Of a stretch of 37,801 nucleotides of DNA, positions 1-10,523 are shown piece by piece. Below the pieces are notes generated by a model. The model did not search any database. It was not told the origin of the DNA and was given only the letters and a program-made list of their open reading frames with translations. The position numbers and the translations under genes are program-made. Position 1 is the stretch's first letter; the number at the start of each line of letters is the position of its first letter. This stretch comes from a bacterium (lineage in GTDB: Bacteria > Zhuqueibacterota > Zhuqueibacteria > Oceanimicrobiales > Oceanimicrobiaceae), in assembly GCA_046758365.1 (NCBI GenBank), contig JBHIAC010000016.1:1-37801 (forward strand). Direction: 5' to 3'.

Positions 1-51
1 TACAACCTAGTGGTTAACAGCCACCCGCTCTGCCGATTGAGCTACCGAGGA
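1..51 (-). tRNA. tRNA-Asn(GTT), 3' end truncated by the window edge
   Basis: Reverse complement reads TCCTCGGTAGCTCAATCGGCAGAGCGGGTGGCTGTTAACCACTAGGTTGTA. D-arm GCTC...GAGC; anticodon loop CT-GTT-AA. Confidence 0.95.
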
Positions 52-278
52 ATTTTATTTTATTGAACAAGTCCAATTTATGAAATGTTCCGAAAATAGT
101 CAAGCGTTTTTTCAAGCTTAGAGCAACTTCTCCAACAACTTCCATTCAAACAAAAACATTGATTTTTTAGTCAGAATTTTGTAACTTTGGGCCGAAAAAT
201 AAAGGGAAAATTTTACTACCCAAGTAGAGATCCAGTAAATTACTTAATTTTTGCGCTACATCACAAGGAGATTCAACT

Positions 279-1283
279 ATGAAAACATTCCTGGTCACAG
301 GAGGGGCCGGCTTTATTGGGAGTAATTATATCCGATTTATGCTTAATAAATACAAGGAAGTAGAAATTATTAATTTAGACAAATTAACCTACGCTGGGAA
401 TTTGGATAATTTAAAGGATATTGAGAATAACCCGCGATACAAATTCATTAAAGGGGATATTTGTGACGAAAAATTAATCAACGACATAATGCCGCAAATT
501 GATGTAGTAGTAAATTTTGCAGCCGAAAGTCATGTGGATCGTTCTATTGGTGCACCCGATGATTTTATCAAAACCGATATTTTTGGGGCCTTTGTACTTT
601 TGGAAGCAGCTCGACTGAACAATATTGAAAGGTTCATCCAGATTAGCACAGATGAAGTTTATGGCAGTATTGAAAAAGGGTCTTTTAAAGAAAGCGACTC
701 CCTCATGCCTTCTAACCCTTATTCTGCTTCAAAAACAGGAGGAGATAGACTGTCATATTCTTATTTTGTCACCTACGATTTACCAGTACAGATAACTCGC
801 TGTTCCAACAATTTTGGTCCATTTCATTATCCAGAAAAGTTAATCCCATTGTTTGTTACTAATGCTTTAGAAAATAAACCGCTTCCAATATATGGTGATG
901 GGAAAAATGTGCGCGATTGGATTTTTGTGGAAGATCATTGTGAAGGAATTGATTTTGTTTACAACCATGGTGAAATCGGAGAAGTTTACAATATTGGTGG
1001 TGGGAACGAGAAAACCAATTTAGAAATTACCGAATATATTCTTAAAAAACTGCAAAAGCCTAAAAGTCTTATGACCTTTGTTCCTGACAGATTGGGTCAT
1101 GATAGAAGGTATTCTTTGGACTGTACTAAGATCCGGGTCTTGGGATGGAAACCAAAACACCAATTTGAAGAAGCTTTGGATAAAACGATTCAATGGTATT
1201 TTGAAAATCGCTGGTGGTGGGAAAAGCTCAAAAGTGGGGAGTATTTAGAATATTATAAAAAACAATATAAAATGAATCTTTAA
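279..1283 (+). CDS. rfbB: dTDP-glucose 4,6-dehydratase
   Basis: VTGGAGFIGSN, DKLTYAGN, FAAESHVDRSI, STDEVYG, YSASK and RDWIFVEDH motifs; AAGGAG RBS. Confidence 0.95.
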   Translation: MKTFLVTGGAGFIGSNYIRFMLNKYKEVEIINLDKLTYAGNLDNLKDIENNPRYKFIKGDICDEKLINDIMPQIDVVVNFAAESHVDRSIGAPDDFIKTDIFGAFVLLEAARLNNIERFIQISTDEVYGSIEKGSFKESDSLMPSNPYSASKTGGDRLSYSYFVTYDLPVQITRCSNNFGPFHYPEKLIPLFVTNALENKPLPIYGDGKNVRDWIFVEDHCEGIDFVYNHGEIGEVYNIGGGNEKTNLEITEYILKKLQKPKSLMTFVPDRLGHDRRYSLDCTKIRVLGWKPKHQFEEALDKTIQWYFENRWWWEKLKSGEYLEYYKKQYKMNL

Positions 1284-1292
1284 TAGGAACGC

Positions 1293-2618
1293 ATGTCAAT
1301 GTCATTAGAACAAAAAATTAAAGATAAAAGTGCAAAGATCGGGGTTGTTGGTTTAGGGTACGTGGGACTTCCCTTAGCAGTTGAATTTGCGGATAAGGGA
1401 TTTTATGTATTAGGGATAGATACCGATCGTAACAAAATTGAAAAATTAAATCGAGGCGATACTTATATTGATGATGTAGACAGTCATCGTCTCAGAAATT
1501 TGGTTAATGAAGCTTCTCTGGAAGGTACAACTATGTATGGAAGAGTAGGGGAGTTGGATATTATTTTCATTTGTGTACCTACACCCTTTACCCCTAACAA
1601 AGAACCTGATATTTCCTATATAAACGAAGCCACAGAAAAAATTTCTGAACATCTACGGAAAGAGCAGTTGGTGATTTTGAAAAGCACCACCTTCCCTGAA
1701 ACCACTAAGAAAGAGGTGCTGCCCAGGCTGGAATCAACGGGATTAAAAGTAGGAAAAGATTATTACTTGGCTTATTCCCCTGAACGGATTGATCCCGGAA
1801 GAAAAGATTTTACCACTGCTAACACGCCTGTTATAGTTGGAGGCATAACTGAGAAAGGTACTCGACTGGCCGTTTTAGCGTGCGGACAAATTATTTCTAA
1901 AGTTGTTTCTGTATCCTCACCTCAAACGGCTGAAATGGTTAAGCTTTTAGAAAATATCTTTCGCAGTGTAAATATCGCTTTAGTCAATGAATTAGCTCAA
2001 CTTTGCGATCGTATGGGCAATATCGATATTTGGGAAGTGGTCCAAGCTGCTGCCACTAAACCATTTGGATTCATGCCATTTTATCCAGGACCGGGTATCG
2101 GGGGACACTGTATTTTAGTAGACCCCTATTATCTTTCATGGAAGGCGAAAGAGTACGATTTTCACAGCGATTTCATTGAATTGGCCGCCAGAACCAACGA
2201 AAATATGCCATATTATGTTTTAGATCTGATAATTCGATCATTAAGCATAAACGGCGCAGCGCTTAAAACAGCTAAATATCTATTTTTAGGAATTTCTTTT
2301 AAAAAAGATGTGGACGATACACGCAATTCTCCAGGACTAAAAATAATGGAGTTGCTTTTGCAAAGAGGCGCCCAAGATGTGTTTTATAACGATCCATTTG
2401 TTAGCGAAATGCAACTCAATGGGATTACTTTCACGTCTCAGGAATTAACAGACGATTTGATTTCAGAAGCAGATTGTGTCATTATTACTGCTAATCATAG
2501 TATTTATGATTTTCATTATATTGTAAAAAACGCAAAATTAGTCATTGATACTCGAAATGCTACAAAATCGGTGACCACAGGGCGAGATAAAATCGTTCGT
2601 CTTGGATGTGGAACTTAA
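1293..2618 (+). CDS. Nucleotide-sugar dehydrogenase (WbpA/TviB/WecC-like)
   Basis: GLGYVGLPLA, ICVPTP, SPERIDPG, KLLENIFRSVNIAL and catalytic GGHC motifs. Confidence 0.92.
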   Translation: MSMSLEQKIKDKSAKIGVVGLGYVGLPLAVEFADKGFYVLGIDTDRNKIEKLNRGDTYIDDVDSHRLRNLVNEASLEGTTMYGRVGELDIIFICVPTPFTPNKEPDISYINEATEKISEHLRKEQLVILKSTTFPETTKKEVLPRLESTGLKVGKDYYLAYSPERIDPGRKDFTTANTPVIVGGITEKGTRLAVLACGQIISKVVSVSSPQTAEMVKLLENIFRSVNIALVNELAQLCDRMGNIDIWEVVQAAATKPFGFMPFYPGPGIGGHCILVDPYYLSWKAKEYDFHSDFIELAARTNENMPYYVLDLIIRSLSINGAALKTAKYLFLGISFKKDVDDTRNSPGLKIMELLLQRGAQDVFYNDPFVSEMQLNGITFTSQELTDDLISEADCVIITANHSIYDFHYIVKNAKLVIDTRNATKSVTTGRDKIVRLGCGT

Positions 2619-2698
2619 TTTTAAATTATTATCTAGCGCGGCATGGCCGTAAATTTGAGCATTGTTGGAGGCTTTGAACATTAAATCATTTACAGTTA

Positions 2699-2779
2699 AA
2701 GGGTATAAGGGAATAAGGTATAAGGTTTCGCAGTCCTGTAAAATAAGGAATCCTTATATCCCTATATCCTTATTTCCTT
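2699..2779. repeat. Inverted arms of ~8-bp tandem repeats with no gene between them
   Basis: Left arm AAGGGTATAAGGGAATAAGGTATAAGG (2699-2725); right arm CCTTATATCCCTATATCCTTATTTCCTT (2752-2779). Confidence 0.85.
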
Positions 2780-2810
2780 GTTGCTATGTTGCCCCTTTTG
2801 GACAAAAATT

Positions 2811-2849
2811 TTTTGCACAAAAAACAAAGATTTGACTGATAATACTATA
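2811..2849 (-). repeat. 39-bp dispersed repeat, copy A (putative element terminus)
   Basis: Reverse complement TATAGTATTATCAGTCAAATCTTTGTTTTTTGTGCAAAA matches 17780-17818 at 37/39 positions. Confidence 0.9.
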
Positions 2850-2857
2850 GTAGACCG

Positions 2858-4153
2858 ATGTATTTGAAATTAAATAAATTCTGCCCACTTTATATTCTTA
2901 TTATACTATTCTCTATTTCCCAAAGCCTGCAAGCGCAGAATATAAATGAAAGATTAGATAAAAAAGAGAGGCAAGATGTGAGGTTGCCTTTAAGATCAAC
3001 TTTGAATAGGGATAAAGTAAATGATGAATTGAAGAAAGAACCTTTCTCTGAAATGGAAAAGGAATTTGAAATGCAGGCTTTGGAAGCTCCTGTGGACCCA
3101 GATGACTATATCGTGGGGCCAGGAGATATTTTTCTAATCAATATATGGTCGATTATTGAAACAACGTTTAAAATAGCTGTCATGCCTGAAGGTAACATCA
3201 TAATACCAACCATCGGTTCTCTTCATGTCAATGGCAAAACAGTGTCTGAAGTAAGAAATATGGTGCAAGAGGCCGGGGCCAAAAAGTACCGCCAGTCTGA
3301 AATCACCACCAATTTATTAAAAATACGAAGTTTCCGCGTACATGTCACAGGCCAAGTTACAAATCCAGGTCTGTATGAAGCCTCAGCCATTGCGCGCGTG
3401 TCGAATATTATTAAAGAAGCCGGCGGATTGACAACCTGGGGTTATGAAAGGGCTATAAAAGTAAAGCATTTAGATGGTTCAGAAGAAACAGTCGATTTGC
3501 ACCAATATAAAAAACTTGGAAAGCTAGACTCCAATATTTATCTAAGGGGCGGAGACGTTATTTATGTACCTTCGATCAATTTCACTAAGGCAACGATTAA
3601 TGTTGAAGGGTTTGTGAATGATCCAGGGGTTTATCAACTGGCAGAAAAGGAGACTCTACAGGATTTTTTGCTTCGGGTAGATGCCTTTAACAAACGAGCT
3701 GATTTTAAACATGCCTATATTGAAAGGAAAACGGATTCCAATGGCGGGATTGAAATAATACCCATTTTCCCTTACCTGGAAAATTTAAGTAATGACCATT
3801 CGGAATTTTATTTACACGATGGCGATATAATCATGGTACCACAACGCCAGGAAGAAGTTTATGTAATTGGCGCCGTACAAGCACCAGGGCCTTATGTCTT
3901 TTATCCAAATCTTCGTGCCAGAGATTATGTTGGCTTTGCAGGCAGTACAGAGAGAGCTGCGAGTTTATCGAAAATTAAAGTAATTCGCACCAAGAGTAAA
4001 AAACAATTACGTGGCCAAGATTTGTTAATCGAACCCGGAGATACAGTAATTGTTCCACAAAAAGTTGATTTTGGTTTTAGAGAAATCACTACTTTGGTCA
4101 GTGCGATTACGGGAATTTTGTTATCTATGAAGGTAGTCGGGGTGATTAATTGA
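2858..4153 (+). CDS. SLBB-domain polysaccharide export protein (Wza/KpsD-like)
   Basis: Signal peptide, DYIVGPGD export motif, three GxVxxPGxY SLBB-like repeats, PGDTVIVP. Confidence 0.88.
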   Translation: MYLKLNKFCPLYILIILFSISQSLQAQNINERLDKKERQDVRLPLRSTLNRDKVNDELKKEPFSEMEKEFEMQALEAPVDPDDYIVGPGDIFLINIWSIIETTFKIAVMPEGNIIIPTIGSLHVNGKTVSEVRNMVQEAGAKKYRQSEITTNLLKIRSFRVHVTGQVTNPGLYEASAIARVSNIIKEAGGLTTWGYERAIKVKHLDGSEETVDLHQYKKLGKLDSNIYLRGGDVIYVPSINFTKATINVEGFVNDPGVYQLAEKETLQDFLLRVDAFNKRADFKHAYIERKTDSNGGIEIIPIFPYLENLSNDHSEFYLHDGDIIMVPQRQEEVYVIGAVQAPGPYVFYPNLRARDYVGFAGSTERAASLSKIKVIRTKSKKQLRGQDLLIEPGDTVIVPQKVDFGFREITTLVSAITGILLSMKVVGVIN

Positions 4154-4282
4154 AAGCACGTTAATAATAAATTTTTAGGATTTACATTTTTCCTCTAAGT
4201 TTTCATTTCACTTATCCGATCCATTATAATTCATTAATATATTAATTTATTGATTTTAATAAGAACTACATCCGTTTTTTGA

Positions 4283-5512
4283 ATGATTTCACGCGTTCGC
4301 AATGTCTTTATTATCTCAAGTTTTGGTGTTTTGGGTGGGTTTATTAAAAATATTTTGCTGGCGCGTGAACTTTCTAAAGATGAACTAGGTCTGTTCTCAT
4401 TGCTCATGGCCGTAGTTGGGTTTGTTTATCCTTTGACTTTATTGGGACAGCAAAATGCTATTGTACGATTTATGGCTAATAAAGAGTTTTCAAAATATAA
4501 CTGGCCAAAACAGTTTTGGCGTGTTCTGATATTGAGTTTAGTTTTGACCTGTGGGGCAGTTGCAATATTCACTCCAATTTATAACTTAGGTATTTTGGCT
4601 ATTATCTTTTTATTATTCACAACTTTCTCTTCGGGAGGTACAGACCTATTAGCCGCTATATTTCGTGCACAAAGGAAATATGAACTTTCTATGTTTACTT
4701 TTCGTTTACTCAGCTTGTTTTTGCCCGTGGTCGTTTTCTTGCTTTTGATTACAAAATTATTTACCTTTAAAAACATTTTAATTTTTTTTGCTGTTTTTTA
4801 TTTGCTTTCTCCAATTATAATGATTGGCGTTACAAGAAAAAAACTTTTAGTGGGCACGGAAGAGATTCCTAAGCTTGTCTGGAAGGACGGGTTATTTTTT
4901 TGGGGTTCTGATCTTTCCTTATTAATAATCTTTTCGGTAGATAGATTCTTTATCCCTAAGTTACTCAGCTATGAAGCCTTGGGGGAATATTTCGCTATTT
5001 ACTCTATCATGCGGCTTTTTGATTTGGTGCTTAAGTCTTTAGAATTCGTTATGATGCCTCATGTGAAAAAGTCACCTAAAATTCGATTAGGATGGCTCTT
5101 GGGATGGTCTTTGAGTATTGGTTTGATTCTATCTACGGCCTATTTGGTTTTCGGAAATTTATTGGTCTCTGTTTTATTTAAAGGCAAATATGACAGCACT
5201 ACTTTTTTGATTCCATTCTTTTGCATCTTAGGGGTTATTCGTTTGCTTCATGTGATACCTTACAGTGTGATAGGAGGTCTTCTAAATCAGGAACGTCTAA
5301 GACAAATGTTTTATGTTAATATTATAACCGTTGTATTGTGCGTAGTTCTTAGCTTCATATTAATAAAATCTTTTGGCTTGCTTGGTGCAGTAATTTCAAG
5401 TATTATCATTTGGATTCTTAAAACAGTAGCAGGATTTGGAATTATGTTTTTTGAAAAAATATTTGTCAAACAGAATAATTTACAGGTGGAAGGTGTCCAT
5501 ATCGATGTCTAA
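4283..5512 (+). CDS. Oligosaccharide flippase (Wzx-like)
   Basis: Polytopic membrane protein with LARELS-GLFS, VDRFFI-LGEY and FGLLGA motifs; locus context. Confidence 0.85.
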   Translation: MISRVRNVFIISSFGVLGGFIKNILLARELSKDELGLFSLLMAVVGFVYPLTLLGQQNAIVRFMANKEFSKYNWPKQFWRVLILSLVLTCGAVAIFTPIYNLGILAIIFLLFTTFSSGGTDLLAAIFRAQRKYELSMFTFRLLSLFLPVVVFLLLITKLFTFKNILIFFAVFYLLSPIIMIGVTRKKLLVGTEEIPKLVWKDGLFFWGSDLSLLIIFSVDRFFIPKLLSYEALGEYFAIYSIMRLFDLVLKSLEFVMMPHVKKSPKIRLGWLLGWSLSIGLILSTAYLVFGNLLVSVLFKGKYDSTTFLIPFFCILGVIRLLHVIPYSVIGGLLNQERLRQMFYVNIITVVLCVVLSFILIKSFGLLGAVISSIIIWILKTVAGFGIMFFEKIFVKQNNLQVEGVHIDV

Positions 5513-6671
5513 GTCTGAAGAAAAGTCTTTCATCCAGTTTTTAATGAATATACTAAAATGGAAGAGATTTTTATTTATTATTGTAAGTCTCTTTACAATT
5601 GCAGCATTAGTCATCAGTTTGTTCTTACCTAAATGGTATCGAGCAGAGACGAAAATATTGGGTGGGAGAAGCGAACTCAGCGATTTAGGATTATCTTCTT
5701 TCGCTGAGAATTTACCTTTAGAAGGGTTAGGGCTTATTCCTAAATCGGATAAAACTTTACGGTATTTAGCCATATTAAACAGCCGCACAGTTATGCTCAA
5801 TATAATAGATAGGTTTAATTTGCAAATTCGGTATAAAAAACCTAATTGGGAAAAAACCTTAATATTTTTGCAGAAAAATGTAAGTTTTGAAGTTAATCCA
5901 GATGAAACGATTAGTATTTTTGTCTTGGACAAATCTCCTGAGATGGCCTCTAAAATTGCCAACTCTTTTGTAAAAATGTTGGATAGTTTAAATATTCATC
6001 TCAAAGTAGAAAAGGCTAGAAATAATCGTAAGTTTCTTAATACCCGACTTGAAAGGTGTAAGTTAGATCTTTCCATTGCGGAACAAAATTTAAAAAATTT
6101 TCAAGAAGAATACGGATTAATTGATATTTCCGAACAATCAAAAGCAACCATAAACACTATTTCACAATTGGAGGCAGAGATTTTAGATAAAGAAACTGAA
6201 CTAAGATATAAACGCCACTACCTTTCTGAATATCACCTAGATATTGAAAACCTTATTACACAAATAAATGAACTTAAGGAGTCATTACAAAGAATAAAAT
6301 ATGGTTCAAAAAATGATATCAACGATGTCAACGGAACTAATGAGTTTCTTATACCAAGTAAAGAGGTCCCAGGGCTTGCTATGAAGTATTTTAGATTATT
6401 AAGGGAGGTAGAAGTACAAAATATTCTCTATAAATTACTAACTCAACAATTTGAACAATCAAAGATTTTAGAGGCGAAAGAAACACCGACGGTGCAAGTT
6501 TTAGACTGGGCTGTACCCCCTATTCAGAAATACCGACCCAAACGAGCATTTATTGTTTTGGGTGCCTTTTTTTTCAGCAGTTTTATCAGCCTATGTTTTG
6601 TGGCCGGAATTGAAAGGTGGAGAAGGTTTAGATTTGACTTGCAACAGCAAATAAATAAGAATGTTATCTAA
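5505..6671 (+). CDS. Wzz/GumC-like polysaccharide co-polymerase, no kinase domain
   Basis: Two TM helices flanking a coiled coil; LPKWYRA and VLDWAVPP-RPKR motifs. ATG 5505 overlaps the upstream gene end. Confidence 0.85.
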   Translation: MSKSEEKSFIQFLMNILKWKRFLFIIVSLFTIAALVISLFLPKWYRAETKILGGRSELSDLGLSSFAENLPLEGLGLIPKSDKTLRYLAILNSRTVMLNIIDRFNLQIRYKKPNWEKTLIFLQKNVSFEVNPDETISIFVLDKSPEMASKIANSFVKMLDSLNIHLKVEKARNNRKFLNTRLERCKLDLSIAEQNLKNFQEEYGLIDISEQSKATINTISQLEAEILDKETELRYKRHYLSEYHLDIENLITQINELKESLQRIKYGSKNDINDVNGTNEFLIPSKEVPGLAMKYFRLLREVEVQNILYKLLTQQFEQSKILEAKETPTVQVLDWAVPPIQKYRPKRAFIVLGAFFFSSFISLCFVAGIERWRRFRFDLQQQINKNVI

Positions 6672-8034
6672 TGGCTTAAAAAAGACATTTGTTGAGAAAG
6701 ATTGGATTTTTTGGACGATTTTTATTATTGTTCAAATTGGAACTTTAATAAACTTAGCCATCTTACCATACTTACCTATTTTCCCGTTGATTTCAATTCT
6801 CCTTTTGATATTAATTACCTCATATTATTTCCCAAAAGTTCTCTTGACCCTAATAGTGATATCGATCTTAGCATCTGAGGAACTATATTTTGAATTAGGC
6901 CTAGTAGTTGTAAGAATAATAGACATAATATTGCTCATCACTATTTTGTATATGTTCATGAAATGGCTTCTGCAATCGAAAATGAAAATAGAATCTTTAC
7001 CGATTTTTAAATTTGCTTTAGGCCTGATTATTTTGATGGCCTTTATTTCTTTAATTGGAACTTTATCAGTAAGCAACTCTCTGTTTGAGATTCTTCAAAT
7101 TATCGAACTTGTTATCGCTGCCATTTTGTTTTTCAATTTAATTAAGACAGAATCTGATATTAAACTGGTTCTAAGCACAATACTTATTTATAGCATAGTA
7201 GATGCCCTTTGGATATTTATTCAATATTGGCATGGAGATTTAATAGGTAGACATATTGGATTGTTTGGCACTTTAGCCAATGAATTAAGCTACGGTGTCG
7301 CATTGTCTGTGGGGTTTTTTTATCTTATTAGAAAAAAATGGCTCAGATTTGCTATCTTAATGAGTGGCGCTTTTCAAATTAGCGCCATTTATTTAACAAA
7401 GGGAAGGGGATTATTCATCACAGCCATAATAATGGCCTTAGTCTGTAGTTTATTGTTTGCCATGTATCGTAGGAGATACCTCTCGTTCGTTTATATAGCA
7501 GCTATGATTTTGATCGCCTGTTTAGTTTCTTTCTGGGTATTTTCATCTGAAATCCAGGCACGATATACCTCTATCATTGAAGGTGGGCAAATGAGAGACC
7601 TACGTTTAATATATTGGGCTGTGGCTTTAAAAGTATGGCAAAATTACCCTCTGTTTGGTGTCGGAGTTGGCAATATCAAGCTAGCTTCTGTACAATTTAC
7701 TCCTAAACCATTTGGACTTGCATTTGTAGCTTTAGGACAAGGGATGGAATCACCCCATAATGAATATCTGAGTTTTGCGATGCAGGCAGGTTGGATCGGT
7801 TTTATCTCTGGAATAATATTTTATATGATTCTTCTTTGGAATTCAATTCGTCTTTATTTAAAAAGTCGATTCCAGAATAAAGAATATTCAGTTCTCTTGT
7901 TATCATTTGTGATAGGACTTATTATTTGGAATATAGCAAATGATGTTCTATTGGCAGGCAAAGGTATCTTAGTGATGCTGTTCATCTCCATCCTATCAAG
8001 GATGCACGCCATACATGAAGATTATAGAATATGA
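6661..8034 (+). CDS. O-antigen ligase/polymerase (Wzy_C family)
   Basis: Multi-TM protein with LTKGRG, R-W-PLFGVGVGN and HNEYL motifs. Confidence 0.85.
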   Translation: MLSNGLKKTFVEKDWIFWTIFIIVQIGTLINLAILPYLPIFPLISILLLILITSYYFPKVLLTLIVISILASEELYFELGLVVVRIIDIILLITILYMFMKWLLQSKMKIESLPIFKFALGLIILMAFISLIGTLSVSNSLFEILQIIELVIAAILFFNLIKTESDIKLVLSTILIYSIVDALWIFIQYWHGDLIGRHIGLFGTLANELSYGVALSVGFFYLIRKKWLRFAILMSGAFQISAIYLTKGRGLFITAIIMALVCSLLFAMYRRRYLSFVYIAAMILIACLVSFWVFSSEIQARYTSIIEGGQMRDLRLIYWAVALKVWQNYPLFGVGVGNIKLASVQFTPKPFGLAFVALGQGMESPHNEYLSFAMQAGWIGFISGIIFYMILLWNSIRLYLKSRFQNKEYSVLLLSFVIGLIIWNIANDVLLAGKGILVMLFISILSRMHAIHEDYRI

Positions 8035-8066
8035 AATCAAGCTATTTTCCCTTTCAAAAATAAATT

Positions 8067-8987
8067 ATGGATGTCTCAATCATAATTGTTAATCATAACA
8101 CAAAAGAATTGTTAAAGGAACTACTCACTTCAATAACACAAAATGTTAAGAACATTTCTTATGAAGTCATAGTGGTAGATAATAATTCAACTGACGGTAG
8201 TTGCGAGTTATTTAAGACGAATTTTACAAAAGTTACTCTAATTGCAAATAAGTCTAACTTTGGATTCAGTAAAGCAAACAATCAAGCGGCCAAACTTACA
8301 AAAGGGAAGAATATTCTATTTGTAAATTCAGATACTATAGTTTGCGAAAATGCAATAGAAAGAATGTTTGCATTTTTAGAAAAAGAAAAATCAACAGCCG
8401 TAGTTGGTTGTAAACTTTTAAACAAAGACAATTCATTACAGCGGTCGTGCGGTATTTTTCCTAGACTCCTAACAGAATTTTATTTTAGAACCTTTCTTAA
8501 TCGCATTTTTCCAACAAGTAAAATATTTGGGTCGTTTAAATTGGGCTCATGGGATTATTCTTCTGTCTTAGAAGTCGATTGGGTTTCAGGAGCCTGTTTG
8601 ATGATAAGAAAAGAGATTTTTGACCAGATTGGCGGATTTGACGAACATCTTTATATGTATTATGAAGATGTAGACTTGTGCTTACGGGTTAAGAAGTTAG
8701 GATGGAAAATTTATTTTACTCCAAATGCCTCTGTGTATCACCTCCACGGAGGGTCATGGGAAAGAAATCGGGAAATACCTATTTTTAACAGTTGTATAAG
8801 TTCGTTATATTTTTTCCGAAAACATCATAAGAAATGGAAAATAATTTTTTTAAAATTATTCATATTAATTGAAACTTTTTTGAGCTATTTCGTCTTGATT
8901 CCTTATTTAGTCATAAAGGGAGAAGAGTATTCTGGGATAAAGTCTCGATTACGAGGCTATACAGCTTGTTTAAAGCATATTTTTTAG
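8067..8987 (+). CDS. GT2 glycosyltransferase (WbbL-like)
   Basis: VSIIIVNHN, VVDNNSTDGS, NFGFSKANN, WVSGACL and MYYEDVDLC motifs. Confidence 0.92.
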   Translation: MDVSIIIVNHNTKELLKELLTSITQNVKNISYEVIVVDNNSTDGSCELFKTNFTKVTLIANKSNFGFSKANNQAAKLTKGKNILFVNSDTIVCENAIERMFAFLEKEKSTAVVGCKLLNKDNSLQRSCGIFPRLLTEFYFRTFLNRIFPTSKIFGSFKLGSWDYSSVLEVDWVSGACLMIRKEIFDQIGGFDEHLYMYYEDVDLCLRVKKLGWKIYFTPNASVYHLHGGSWERNREIPIFNSCISSLYFFRKHHKKWKIIFLKLFILIETFLSYFVLIPYLVIKGEEYSGIKSRLRGYTACLKHIF

Positions 8988-9024
8988 TCAAAAAAGAAGT
9001 GTGTGAAATCTTTGAGAAATCCTG

Positions 9025-10425
9025 ATGATGCTCGCTCGAAGCAAACTGAAAAATATTAACCCCATATGGTATGTACTGTTAGCAGCTTTCGTTGTTAGAG
9101 TTCTAGTTCCATTGCTGGCGCTTATCATTACTAAAGACAATTCAGTATTCCATTCCAGAGACACAATCTCATACATAAGACCAGCCATGGAACTATTATC
9201 CTCAGGTCAATTCGCGAGTAATGGAATCCCAGAGATCGTCCGAACTCCGGGGCATCCACTATTTTTAATTCCCGGAATATTGCTAAATAAAACGGAACTA
9301 GTTACCATCGCTCTTCAAATAGTCTTGAGTTGTTTAACCGTGTATCTGATTTTTAGGATTGCATTAATACTATTCGATAGAGTTGAACTTGCGGTTCTAT
9401 GTGCACTCATGTATGTAATCGAACCCCTTTCTATATTATATACAAGCAAGCTTTTAACAGAAACGCTATTCACATGTCTAATTATCTTTTTTTTATACTA
9501 CTTGTTGATGTATATAAAGAACAGGTCATTAAACCAGCTACTCATTTCTGCAATCGCTTTAGCCGCATCTGTGTACGTCAGACCAATAAGCTATTACTTG
9601 CCTTTATTCATAACAGTTGTGCTTCTTATCTGGATATTGACCACGATGCCAAAAAAATCAATTTTGCTTATTCACACCTGTTTATTTTTTTTCGTTTCGA
9701 TGGGGCTTATTGGTTTATGGCAAATTAGGAATAAGGCCGAGACTGGATATACGGGCTTTTCCGCTATTACTGACATCAATCTATACTTCTATCAAGGAGC
9801 GTCTGTGATTGCTGTGCGACAAGGGGTACCCTACTATGAGATGCAAAACAAGATGGGATACCGAGATAAAGAGGTCTATTTTCTAAACCACCCTGAGCAA
9901 CGCCTATGGAATCAAAGTAAAAGGTATCAATATATGCGTAAAGAAGGAATAAGGATCCTACGGAATGATCCTTTTTTGTATTCAAAAATTCATTTAAAAG
10001 GGATAATTAGAACTCTACTTGATCCCGGCGCAATTGAGTATTTAAAATTATACAAGCTTTATCCTGAGTCCGGAGGGTTGCTTGGAATTATCGTTGATAA
10101 AGGTTTAGCAAAAACAGTCATAACTCTTATTAAAGAAAAACCTATAGTGTTCTGGATTAATTTACTGCTGGGAATGCTTTTAGCCCTGTATTTTTTGTTT
10201 GGAGTAACAGCTTTACTGTCCAAGAATTTTATTTACGATATGCCAATTATCACGCTTCTTTGTGTAGGTATCTACTTTTTAATATTTTCTGGAGGGCCAA
10301 ATAGTTTAAACAGGTTTCGGCATCCAATTATGCCGTTTCTGTGTATTCTTGCGGGACATGGTTTATCTTTGCTTTTTGGAAAGTTAATTTTGAAAAAAAC
10401 TTCGCACACCGGCGTTGTTGTGTAA
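9025..10425 (+). CDS. GT-C fold membrane glycosyltransferase (ArnT/PMT-like)
   Basis: DT-SY, RTPGHPLFL, LLTETLF, YVRP and RFRHP motifs; many TM segments. Confidence 0.72.
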   Translation: MMLARSKLKNINPIWYVLLAAFVVRVLVPLLALIITKDNSVFHSRDTISYIRPAMELLSSGQFASNGIPEIVRTPGHPLFLIPGILLNKTELVTIALQIVLSCLTVYLIFRIALILFDRVELAVLCALMYVIEPLSILYTSKLLTETLFTCLIIFFLYYLLMYIKNRSLNQLLISAIALAASVYVRPISYYLPLFITVVLLIWILTTMPKKSILLIHTCLFFFVSMGLIGLWQIRNKAETGYTGFSAITDINLYFYQGASVIAVRQGVPYYEMQNKMGYRDKEVYFLNHPEQRLWNQSKRYQYMRKEGIRILRNDPFLYSKIHLKGIIRTLLDPGAIEYLKLYKLYPESGGLLGIIVDKGLAKTVITLIKEKPIVFWINLLLGMLLALYFLFGVTALLSKNFIYDMPIITLLCVGIYFLIFSGGPNSLNRFRHPIMPFLCILAGHGLSLLFGKLILKKTSHTGVVV

Positions 10426-10523
10426 ATGTTTCACTACATCGGCGTTTGTCAGAGGTTTCAAGCACGCAATTTAATTATTTTTAAAAATAGCTACTGTAAA
10501 AAATCTGTGTACGACTTAGAATA

